64,000 nt of DNA from Candidatus Aldehydirespiratoraceae bacterium (GTDB taxonomy: Bacteria; Actinomycetota; Acidimicrobiia; Acidimicrobiales; Aldehydirespiratoraceae). Made by a program: the position numbers and the translations under genes. Shown one piece after another: positions 1-7,728 of this stretch. Location of the stretch: contig CBDFKX010000002.1 of assembly GCA_965249055.1 (NCBI GenBank), forward strand, positions 3,021,800 through 3,085,799, read 5' to 3'. A model generated the notes under the pieces. It searched no databases. It was not told where the DNA came from and worked only from the letters and a program-made list of their open reading frames with translations. Position 1 is the first letter of the stretch; every line of letters begins with the position of its first letter.

Positions 1-140
1 GCTAGGTCGACAGCGCTCATAGCTCTCCCATCTTGCCTGTGACCTGCTCGCAATCTCTAGCGAAGACGCTCCACACGCCCGACACCTTAGTGCCGTGTCG
101 TGGCTTGGCGAACCAAGACGCGAGATACCTACTCGGACCA

Positions 141-218
141 TAGTTTGATTGTATATTATTTCAATATTTTTTATCATTTTCACTGTATTGTCATAGCCAT
201 TTGATACTATGAAAACTA
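141..218. other. AT-rich intergenic tract upstream of the HNH gene; a promoter is possible but not mapped
   Basis: Hand count of 141-240 gives about 20 G/C in 100 nt, against about 60% elsewhere. Runs of T/A (tatattatttcaatattttttatcatttt) lie directly 5' of the ATG at 219. Confidence 0.5.
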
Positions 219-1544
219 ATGAAATCTACAGTCGTAACCCAACCAAAACCGAGTACCGAAGACTCGTTTCATGTTGTCGAACTCGACGATGCAGGTGACG
301 CTTTAGAGATAGCAGCCAAGCTCGAATATGGTGGTTTGCCTGGTACTGTATTGGCTGATTCAACAGTGCGTGTCGCGGAGTTGAAAGCACAACTAGCGGC
401 GTTGGAATCTGAGATCGTTGCCGCTTATGACGCCTCGGGTGATTGGGAGGTTTCGGGTTACCGAACCGTTGGCGCAGCGTTGTCGCACCGTGCTCGAGTA
501 CGGCGCGCCGAAGCCAACCAGACGGTTCATCTGGCGCGTTCGCTCAAGGCAATGCCTGTCGTGTCTGACGCGCTCAGCAGCGGTGAGATCGGTCTCTGTC
601 ACGCACGTCGGCTGGCCAAAGCCTCCACACGCGACGGCTTCAGCGATGTTGAAGCGTTGTTGTGTGACCATGCCCGCGGACTCAGCTACACGGCTTTTGA
701 CAAAGTAGTGTCATATTGGGAACACCTCGTCGACACCAACGCAGCCGAACATGACGCGACGTTCAAAGAGCAACGCCGCGAGTTTCATGCATCGATGACA
801 TTCAACGGGATGGGACGCCTCGACGGATGGCTCGACCCGATCAGCTTCGAGGAGTTCCGCAACGCTTTGGACCGCATCGAAGCCGAACTGTTCAACAACG
901 ACCTACGAGACGCACAAGCCGACCACGTCGACAAACACGCCGCTGAACTATGGCGCACACCTGCACAAAGACGCGCTGATGCCCTAGTCGAGATGGCGCG
1001 GCGCGCCACCGCAGTGCCCGAAGACGCAAAGACCCCTGAACCGTTAGTAATCATCCACATGGACAAACCAACCTTCGAAACCGGCCTCAACCAAACCCTC
1101 GGCCTAACCCTGTTCACCAACACATCACCACCCAACCAACCCCCACCACCCGAAACCAACAGCGGTGACATGTCGACCAGCAGACCCAGCGAAACCAACA
1201 ACGGTGACATGTCGACCGGCAAACTCTGCGAAACAGACAGCGGGACGGTCATCACCCCAACCCAAGGCGTTGAACAAGCCCTCAAAGGCCACATCCGCCG
1301 CCTCGTCTACCAATCACCAGGCGTGATCTTAGACTACGGCCGCTCCACCCGACTCTTCACCGGAGCGCTACGCCAAGCCATACAAGCCCGAGACCGCACC
1401 TGCCGCCATCCCGGCTGCGACCTACCAGCCCGACAATGCGAAATCGACCACATCACCGAATGGCAACACGGCGGCACCACCACCCACACCAACGCCGCCA
1501 CCCGCTGCTCCTACCACCACCGCCACCACAAACCCCCCATATAA
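219..1544 (+). CDS. DUF222/HNH endonuclease domain protein (REP13E12-like)
   Basis: 441-aa ORF with a C-terminal HNH motif, CRHPGCDLPARQCEIDHITEWQHGGTT...CSYHHRHH. The N-terminal half looks like actinobacterial DUF222 (GEIGLCHARRLAKA). The coding strand is strongly C+A rich in the 3' half. Confidence 0.8.
   Translation: MKSTVVTQPKPSTEDSFHVVELDDAGDALEIAAKLEYGGLPGTVLADSTVRVAELKAQLAALESEIVAAYDASGDWEVSGYRTVGAALSHRARVRRAEANQTVHLARSLKAMPVVSDALSSGEIGLCHARRLAKASTRDGFSDVEALLCDHARGLSYTAFDKVVSYWEHLVDTNAAEHDATFKEQRREFHASMTFNGMGRLDGWLDPISFEEFRNALDRIEAELFNNDLRDAQADHVDKHAAELWRTPAQRRADALVEMARRATAVPEDAKTPEPLVIIHMDKPTFETGLNQTLGLTLFTNTSPPNQPPPPETNSGDMSTSRPSETNNGDMSTGKLCETDSGTVITPTQGVEQALKGHIRRLVYQSPGVILDYGRSTRLFTGALRQAIQARDRTCRHPGCDLPARQCEIDHITEWQHGGTTTHTNAATRCSYHHRHHKPPI
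1152..1244 (+). repeat. 39-bp in-frame tandem duplication (2 full units plus a partial third) inside the HNH gene
   Basis: gaaaccaacagcggtgacatgtcgaccagcagacccagc (1152-1190) is followed by gaaaccaacaacggtgacatgtcgaccggcaaactctgc (1191-1229) and then gaaacagacagcggg. The protein reads ETNSGDMSTSRPS / ETNNGDMSTGKLC / ETDSG. Confidence 0.75.
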
Positions 1545-1654
1545 AGTTCGGACCCACACCAGAATCACTACATGACCATGGCTGAGGCGGTCACGATCTT
1601 GTAGTGTGCCTTTGGTCAGTTGCTTGAGTTTCGGCTTGAGCCGTCTCGATCGGA

Positions 1655-4636
1655 ATGCTGTTGCTACGTCCTTGCTCCGTTAGGTCGCTTGTTGGTTGGT
1701 GTGGGTTGGTGGTGTGTTTGGCTGCGGGGTCGTTGACCGCGGCGTCGCCAGCGGCTGGTGTTGCCGGGTACGGAGATGTAGCCGACGATGAGTATTTCAC
1801 CAAGCCCGTTCAATGGTCGGTCGACAATGACATCGCCGGGATCGACGGGGATTGTTTTTTGCCTGACGCCCCGGTGTCTCGCGGAGAGGCTGCGGTTTAT
1901 ATCTGGAACATGGAAGGCCAGCCGTCTGCGCCTTCGCATTCGTTTGTTGACGTAACCAACGAAAACCAAAACACGGCCGTGTCGTGGATGTCTAAAAACC
2001 AGATCACTACAGGTAGCACCCCGACGACGTTCGAGCCCGACACCGCCTTGACGCGGGCGCATCTCGTCACGTTTTTGCATCGGCTGATTGGTGAGCCTGA
2101 GGCGCCAGCGCATCCCTTTGTCGATGTGCATGCCTCTTGGCAGCAAAACAGTGTTTCTTGGGCGTCTCACACAGGGATCACCACCGGTACTTCGCCGACG
2201 ACGTTCGAACCTGACAACACGTTGACACGGGCACATCTCGTCACGTTCCTGTGGCGTTACAAAGGCAAACCAGAAGTGACAGTCGACCCCGACACGCCAC
2301 GTTGCGATCCATCAAGCACCGACGAAACAGACACCAACGAAACAGACACCAACGAAACAGACACCAACGAAGCAACGGACACCAACGAAGCAACGGACAC
2401 CAACCGAGTGTTCACCGCGGTCTCCGTCGGCTCAGACCATTCGTGCGCAATAGACACCAACAACAAAATCGCATGCTGGGGACGAAATGACCATGGACAG
2501 GCTAATGCGCCACGCGGCGAGTTCACCATGGTCTCCGCCGGTCATGACCATTCGTGCGCGATACACACCAACGGCACGATCGAATGCTGGGGAGAAAACC
2601 ATCTTGGCGAGACAGATGCGCCCGACGGCGAATTCTCCACGGTCTCCACAGCCAGTTTTCATTCATGCGGGATACGCACCAACCGCACAATCGAATGCTG
2701 GGGACAAAACTATGTTGGGAGCACTGATCCTCCTCCCGGCGAGTTCATCACGCTCTCTGCCGGTGGCAACAGTTCATGTGGAATACGCACCAACAACAAA
2801 ACCGAATGCTGGGGCAGGAACAGTCACGGGCAGACTGATGCGCCAGACGGCAAATTCACCACAATCTCCGTCGGATCAGACCATTCATGCGCTGTAGACA
2901 CCAACAACAAAATCGAATGCTGGGGCAGGAACAGTCACGGGCAGACTGATGCGCCAGACGGCGAGTTCATCACAGTCTCCGCTGGCAGCAACCATTCGTG
3001 CGGAGTCCGTACCAGCGGGACAATCGAATGCTGGGGTTGGAACCTCAGCGGGCAGACTGATGCGCCGGACGGCGAGTTCATCACAGTCTCCGCTGGCAGC
3101 AACCATTCGTGCGGAGTCCGTACCAGCGGGACAATCGAATGCTGGGGCCCCAACTACCACGGACAGGCTGATGTGCCAGACGGCGAGTTCATCACAGTCT
3201 CCGCTGGCAGCAACCATTCGTGCGGAGTCCGTACCAGCGGGACAATCGAATGCTGGGGTTGGAACCTCAGCGGGCAGACTGATGCGCCGGACGGCGAGTT
3301 CATCACAGTCTCCGCTGGCAGCAACCATTCGTGCGGAGTCCGTACCAGCGGGACAATCGAATGCTGGGGCCCCAACTACCACGGACAGGCTGATGTGCCA
3401 GACGGCGAGTTCATCACAGTCTCCGCTGGCAGCTACCATTCGTGCGGAGTCCGTACCGACAGGACAATCCAATGCTGGGGTTGGAACCTCAGCGGGCAGA
3501 CTGATGCGCCGGACGGCGAGTTCATCACAGTCTCCGCTGGCTCAAACCATTCGTGCGGAGTCCGTACCAGCGGGACAATCGAATGCTGGGGTTGGGACAG
3601 TCATGGACTGTCCAGTGCGCCTGCGGGGGATTTCAGCACCGTTTCCGCTGGCTCAGGGCATTCGTGCGCGATAAGCACCAACAACAAAATCGAGTGCTGG
3701 GGCAGCAACTATTATGGACAGACCAGTGCGCCTGCGGGGGATTTCAGCACCGTTTCCGCTGGCTCAGAGCATTCGTGCGCGATAAGCACCAACAACAAAA
3801 TCGAATGCTGGCAATATCACTGGAACGGGCGGTCTGATGCGCCAGACGGCGAGTTCACCATGGTCTCCGCCGGCGGCCACCATTCGTGCGGAGTTCGCAC
3901 CGACGGCGCTATCGAGTGCTGGGGCGCCAACAGCAACGGTCGGGCTGATCCCCCGGTCAGCTACGAACCATCAGGCACAGCCCCAGAGGTGGTCACCGCG
4001 GTCCCTCCTGGCGATCACGACGTGATACAAGCGGTGTACGTAGTTCCGTCCGATAAGAGCCCGCTGGAAGGCCAGGACGCGGCGATCGCCCACGAGATCG
4101 GCGAGGTGCAGTCGTGGTTCGATGCCCAGACCGATGGCGCACATCCGGTGTTCGCCCGTGATGGGGACTCGATCTTGGTGACGACGGTCCAACTGTCCGG
4201 GTCGCTCGAGGAATTCGACACGGTCGCGCGGATACTAGACGAAATCCGCGCGACCGCGGATCAGCCCCTCTTACTGGTCGTGGAGGGCCGGTTGGACAAA
4301 GAGATTGACGCATGTGGCTGGACTGCCGGAACGGTGGTCGTGATTCCGATAGACAACTGCTCAAGCAGGCCATTGCGCGGTTCCGGATGGCCCTTGGGGG
4401 GGACATATCTGATCGCGCACGAACTAACCCACTTACTCGGCGCTGTTCCCTCCTGCGCCCCGAACTACGACGGCACCTCACACGTCGACGACGACAGGCG
4501 AGACATCCTATATTTGGGTGCCGGGGGGCGTGACTGGGACAACCTCGTGCTCGATTCCGGCAACGACGACTACTACAACCATGGGCGCGACGACTGCTTC
4601 GACATCGCCGACAGTCCTCTGCTCGGCAGTGACTGA
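1655..4636 (+). CDS. Secreted SLH-anchored protein with 14 RCC1-like blades and a C-terminal HExxH (zincin-like) domain
   Basis: 993-aa ORF with a hydrophobic signal-like N-terminus (VGWCGLVVCLAAGSL). It has three SLH-type repeats (FVDV..W....GITTG..PTTFEPD..LTRAHLVTFL.R) and a TD/TN acidic linker. Fourteen 37-aa units each carry HSCG/A...I(E/A)CWG.N..GQ.D.P, and the C-terminus contains IAHELTHLLG. The exact start is uncertain, because the paralogue suggests a start nearer VRSLVGW. Confidence 0.85.
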   Translation: MLLLRPCSVRSLVGWCGLVVCLAAGSLTAASPAAGVAGYGDVADDEYFTKPVQWSVDNDIAGIDGDCFLPDAPVSRGEAAVYIWNMEGQPSAPSHSFVDVTNENQNTAVSWMSKNQITTGSTPTTFEPDTALTRAHLVTFLHRLIGEPEAPAHPFVDVHASWQQNSVSWASHTGITTGTSPTTFEPDNTLTRAHLVTFLWRYKGKPEVTVDPDTPRCDPSSTDETDTNETDTNETDTNEATDTNEATDTNRVFTAVSVGSDHSCAIDTNNKIACWGRNDHGQANAPRGEFTMVSAGHDHSCAIHTNGTIECWGENHLGETDAPDGEFSTVSTASFHSCGIRTNRTIECWGQNYVGSTDPPPGEFITLSAGGNSSCGIRTNNKTECWGRNSHGQTDAPDGKFTTISVGSDHSCAVDTNNKIECWGRNSHGQTDAPDGEFITVSAGSNHSCGVRTSGTIECWGWNLSGQTDAPDGEFITVSAGSNHSCGVRTSGTIECWGPNYHGQADVPDGEFITVSAGSNHSCGVRTSGTIECWGWNLSGQTDAPDGEFITVSAGSNHSCGVRTSGTIECWGPNYHGQADVPDGEFITVSAGSYHSCGVRTDRTIQCWGWNLSGQTDAPDGEFITVSAGSNHSCGVRTSGTIECWGWDSHGLSSAPAGDFSTVSAGSGHSCAISTNNKIECWGSNYYGQTSAPAGDFSTVSAGSEHSCAISTNNKIECWQYHWNGRSDAPDGEFTMVSAGGHHSCGVRTDGAIECWGANSNGRADPPVSYEPSGTAPEVVTAVPPGDHDVIQAVYVVPSDKSPLEGQDAAIAHEIGEVQSWFDAQTDGAHPVFARDGDSILVTTVQLSGSLEEFDTVARILDEIRATADQPLLLVVEGRLDKEIDACGWTAGTVVVIPIDNCSSRPLRGSGWPLGGTYLIAHELTHLLGAVPSCAPNYDGTSHVDDDRRDILYLGAGGRDWDNLVLDSGNDDYYNHGRDDCFDIADSPLLGSD
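2324..2404 (+). repeat. Short in-frame tandem repeats encoding the acidic Thr/Asp/Asn/Glu linker
   Basis: gaaacagacaccaac occurs x3 (2324-2368) and gaagcaacggacaccaac x2 (2369-2404). The protein reads ETDTN x3 then EATDTN x2. Confidence 0.85.
2939..3604 (+). repeat. Six near-identical 111-bp tandem units (222-bp super-period) encoding RCC1-like blades
   Basis: Unit boundaries (GGG/GGA CAG codons) were checked by hand at 2939, 3050, 3161, 3272, 3383, 3494 and 3605. Units differ by only a few nt, alternating ...CWGWNLS and ...CWGPNYH subtypes. Confidence 0.9.
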
Positions 4637-4660
4637 CCGGTCCGCGCGAGGAACGTTTCG

Positions 4661-5980
4661 CTAAGGACTCTCGGAGTGATCGTCGGGTTCTGACTGGTGG
4701 CCGGGCCAGAACTCTCTGAGGCGGGCCTCGCGGCCGTGGTTCGTCGGTCTGTAGAACACCAGATCCGCAACTTCTGAGGGTCTGTAGTCCTGGGGCACCC
4801 AGCCGGAGGGATCGTCGTGGGGGTAGAGGTAACCGTCGCCATGGCCGAGGCTGGCGGCGCCCGAATAATGGGCGTCTCGTAGATGGACCGGAACCTCACC
4901 AGTCCCCGACCGTCTCGCAGCCTCACGGGCGGCACCCAAAGCGGTAGTCACCCGGTTCGATTTCGGGGCAGTGGCCAGATGCACCACAGCATGAGCCAGG
5001 TTGAGTTGGGCTTCTGGCAAGCCGACAAACTCAACTGCGTGGGCCGCCGCGTTGGCGATGAGCAGCGATTGTGGGTCGGCCATGCCGATGTCCTCAGATG
5101 CCAGGATCACCAGCCGCCGTGCAATGAACCGGGCATCCTCCCCCGCTTCGAGCATGCGAGCAAGCCAATACAGCCCAGAATCGGCATCGCTCCCCCGAAT
5201 CGACTTGATGAAGGCGCTGATCACGTCGTAGTGCCCGTCACGGCCATAGCGCACCGCCTTGGCGTCAACCGCGGCCTCGGCGTCGGCGAGCACAACATGG
5301 ATGGGACGACCACGATCAGCTGCCAGCGCGACTGCCACTTCGACACCGGTCAGCGCGTGGCGACCATCGCCGCCGCTACGGGCCGCAAGATGGGCGACGG
5401 CCTCTTCATCAGCAGTCGCTGACTCGATCTCAAGTCCTCGTCTGATGAGTTCTGCGACAGCCGGCTCGTCCAACGCATGCAGCCGGAACAGAGTCGATCT
5501 CGACATGAGGGGCGGGTTGACCTCGAAATGGGGATTCTCGGTGGTGGCCCCGATCAGCACAATCAGCCCTTCTTCGACCGCTGGCAACAGCGTGTCCTGT
5601 TGGGCTTTGTTGAAGCGGTGGACCTCGTCAAGGAACAGAATCGTTCCCATCTGCTGTTCACCGAGCCGCTGGCGAGCCCCAGCAATAATCTCACGGACAT
5701 CCTTGACCGAGGCCGCCACTGCCGAAAGTTCCTCAAAACGCTTGTTTGTGCTAGTCGCCACCAGACGAGCGAGCGAGGTCTTGCCGGTTCCCGGAGGTCC
5801 CCAAAGGATGACCGACGAAAGCCGGTCAGTCTCGATCAAAGCCCGTAACGGACGACCAGGAGCCAGCAAATGTTCTTGGCCGACGACATCGTCAAGGTTG
5901 CGGGGTCGCAGCCGGGCCGCCAGCGGCGAACGACTCCTCAGATGCTCTCGGGCCGCCTCAGAGAACAGGTCGCCGCTCAC
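4661..5980 (-). CDS. rarA: Replication-associated recombination protein A (AAA+ ATPase)
   Basis: 439 aa with Walker A GPPGTGKTSLARL, Walker B ILFLDEVHRFNK and the MgsA-type C-terminal helical region (YDVISAFIKSIRGSD, LYWLARML). Confidence 0.9.
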   Translation of the reverse strand: MSGDLFSEAAREHLRSRSPLAARLRPRNLDDVVGQEHLLAPGRPLRALIETDRLSSVILWGPPGTGKTSLARLVATSTNKRFEELSAVAASVKDVREIIAGARQRLGEQQMGTILFLDEVHRFNKAQQDTLLPAVEEGLIVLIGATTENPHFEVNPPLMSRSTLFRLHALDEPAVAELIRRGLEIESATADEEAVAHLAARSGGDGRHALTGVEVAVALAADRGRPIHVVLADAEAAVDAKAVRYGRDGHYDVISAFIKSIRGSDADSGLYWLARMLEAGEDARFIARRLVILASEDIGMADPQSLLIANAAAHAVEFVGLPEAQLNLAHAVVHLATAPKSNRVTTALGAAREAARRSGTGEVPVHLRDAHYSGAASLGHGDGYLYPHDDPSGWVPQDYRPSEVADLVFYRPTNHGREARLREFWPGHQSEPDDHSESP

Positions 5981-7728
5981 CGCGGGACGCGCAGGCCCAG
6001 CTCGGCGAGATGAGCGCTGTCGATCGGAGACGGGGCGTTGGTCAAAGGATCCGCTCCTGACTGGGTTTTGGGGAAGGCGATCACCTCACGGATGTTGGCT
6101 TCGCCTGCCAGTAGTGCCGTCAAGCGGTCGATGCCGAAAGCGAAACCGGCGTGAGGCGGCGCGCCGTAGCCGAAGGCGTCGAGCAGGAAGCCGAACTTCC
6201 GTTGCGCGTCGGCGGGTTCGATTCCCAAACAGGCGAATATCTGGTTCTGGATGTCCCGGCGATGGATCCGCACGCTCCCCGATCCGAGTTCCCAACCGTT
6301 GAGCACCAGGTCATAGGCTTGCGAACGGACGTCCAGCAGCGCTTCGCCACCCTTGGCAAGCAATTCCAAGTCGTCGGGATGGGGCATGGTGAACGGGTGA
6401 TGGGCCGGGATCGGGGAACCGTCGGCACCGAACCCCTCAAAGAGCGGGAAATCGACGACCCACAAGTAGTGCAAGCCACCTTCGTTGACTGGAGGCCGAC
6501 CAAGCTCGAGTCGCAACAGCCCCAGCACATGACGAACGAGGCGACGCTCATCAGCGACGAGGAACACCATGTCACCCACGCTCGCCTCCAGCGCGGAAAT
6601 GACTGCGACCGACTCTTCGGCACTCAAGAATTTGGCAACACCAGCATCAAGGACCGGCGAACCGTCACGCTCAGCGACCTTCATCCAGGCCAGGCCCTTG
6701 GCCCCCCAACGCTGGCAGGTCTCAACCAGAGCGTCGATTTGGTTGCGGCTGAGCGCATCGATGCCTCCCGGCATACAGATCCCCTTCACACACCGAGCCT
6801 GGAAGACACGGGCTTGGGTGCTTTCAAAGATGGGGGTGAGTTCGACGAGTTCCATCCCGAAACGAACATCGGGTTTATCGGAGCCATAACGCTCCATGGC
6901 GTCAAGCCAACTAATGCGGGGAAAGTCGGCCGGCCGGACGCCCGTTACCGCTTCGGTTGCCTCGGCAATGGCATGGGAGATGAACTCGAAAACATCATTT
7001 TGGCCGACAAAGCTCGCTTCGGCGTCGAGTTGCATGAATTCGAACTGACGGTCAGCACGAAGATCTTCATCGCGCAAACAACGAGCGATCTGGTAATAGC
7101 GATCGATACCGCCAACCATGCAGAGTTGCTTAAAAAGCTGGGGACTCTGTGGAAGCGCATAAAAACTCCCGGGTTCCTTGCGCGACGGAACCACGAAATC
7201 GCGCGCACCTTCTGGTGTTGACGCCATCAACATCGGTGTCTCGACCTCAACAAACCCTTGAGATTCCATGCCGCGGCGAATAGCGCTGTTCACTTGAGAA
7301 CGGATCCGCAAATTGCGCTGCATACGAGCCTTGCGCAGATCGACGTATCGATGACGAAGCCGGATTGTCTCATCGACCTCGGTGCGCTCATCAAGCGGGA
7401 ACGGTGGTGGCTCAGCCACCGACAGCACCTCGACACTGGAGATCTCGATCTCGATTTCTCCAGTAGTGAGGTCTGGATTCGCGGTGTCTTCGGGACGCCT
7501 ACGGACCTCGCCCGTCATTTGCACCACATATTCGCTGCGAAGATCGTGACTTCCGTCGACAACACACTGGACAACACCACTGTGATCACGCAGATCAATA
7601 AACACTAGGTGCTCGCCGTGCTTACGACGACGGTCGACCCACCCGCAAACAGTAACCACACTGCCGATATCAGAGGTGCCGACAAGGCCGCACATGTGAG
7701 TGCGCATCGAGGTTGAGAGATCCATCAC
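5977..7728 (-). CDS. aspS: Aspartate--tRNA ligase
   Basis: 583 aa with an OB-fold N-terminus (VTVCGWVDRRRKHGEHLVFIDLRDHSG) and class II motifs (FYALPQSPQLFKQ, QIARCLRDEDLRADRQ, GIDRL). It overlaps rarA by 4 bp. Confidence 0.93.
   Translation of the reverse strand: MMDLSTSMRTHMCGLVGTSDIGSVVTVCGWVDRRRKHGEHLVFIDLRDHSGVVQCVVDGSHDLRSEYVVQMTGEVRRRPEDTANPDLTTGEIEIEISSVEVLSVAEPPPFPLDERTEVDETIRLRHRYVDLRKARMQRNLRIRSQVNSAIRRGMESQGFVEVETPMLMASTPEGARDFVVPSRKEPGSFYALPQSPQLFKQLCMVGGIDRYYQIARCLRDEDLRADRQFEFMQLDAEASFVGQNDVFEFISHAIAEATEAVTGVRPADFPRISWLDAMERYGSDKPDVRFGMELVELTPIFESTQARVFQARCVKGICMPGGIDALSRNQIDALVETCQRWGAKGLAWMKVAERDGSPVLDAGVAKFLSAEESVAVISALEASVGDMVFLVADERRLVRHVLGLLRLELGRPPVNEGGLHYLWVVDFPLFEGFGADGSPIPAHHPFTMPHPDDLELLAKGGEALLDVRSQAYDLVLNGWELGSGSVRIHRRDIQNQIFACLGIEPADAQRKFGFLLDAFGYGAPPHAGFAFGIDRLTALLAGEANIREVIAFPKTQSGADPLTNAPSPIDSAHLAELGLRVPR

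Noticed and set aside
1-20. Possible start of a minus-strand gene running off the left edge (ATG at 20-18, preceded by GGGAGA)
   Set aside because: Only six codons are visible, which is not enough to support a feature.
2939-3604. CRISPR-like regular repeats
   Set aside because: The units are contiguous 111-bp coding repeats with no unique spacers. They are in frame within a long ORF, and there are no cas genes.
2885-3674. Long ORFs in other frames or on the other strand across the RCC1 repeats (2885-3472 minus, 2949-3674 plus, 2935-3375 minus)
   Set aside because: They are repeat-propagated stop-free frames. Each is itself a repeat of the same 111/222-bp unit, and none has start or SD signals or any recognisable motif. 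The CWG-blade frame explains the region.
5259-7221. Large antisense ORFs (5259-6302 and 6151-7221, plus strand) opposite rarA and aspS. Similar shadow ORFs lie opposite relA, secD, tgt, thrS, GH3 and other genes.
   Set aside because: These are typical high-G+C shadow ORFs. Their translations are Arg/Ala/Ser/Pro-rich, they overlap strongly supported housekeeping genes, and they carry no motifs.
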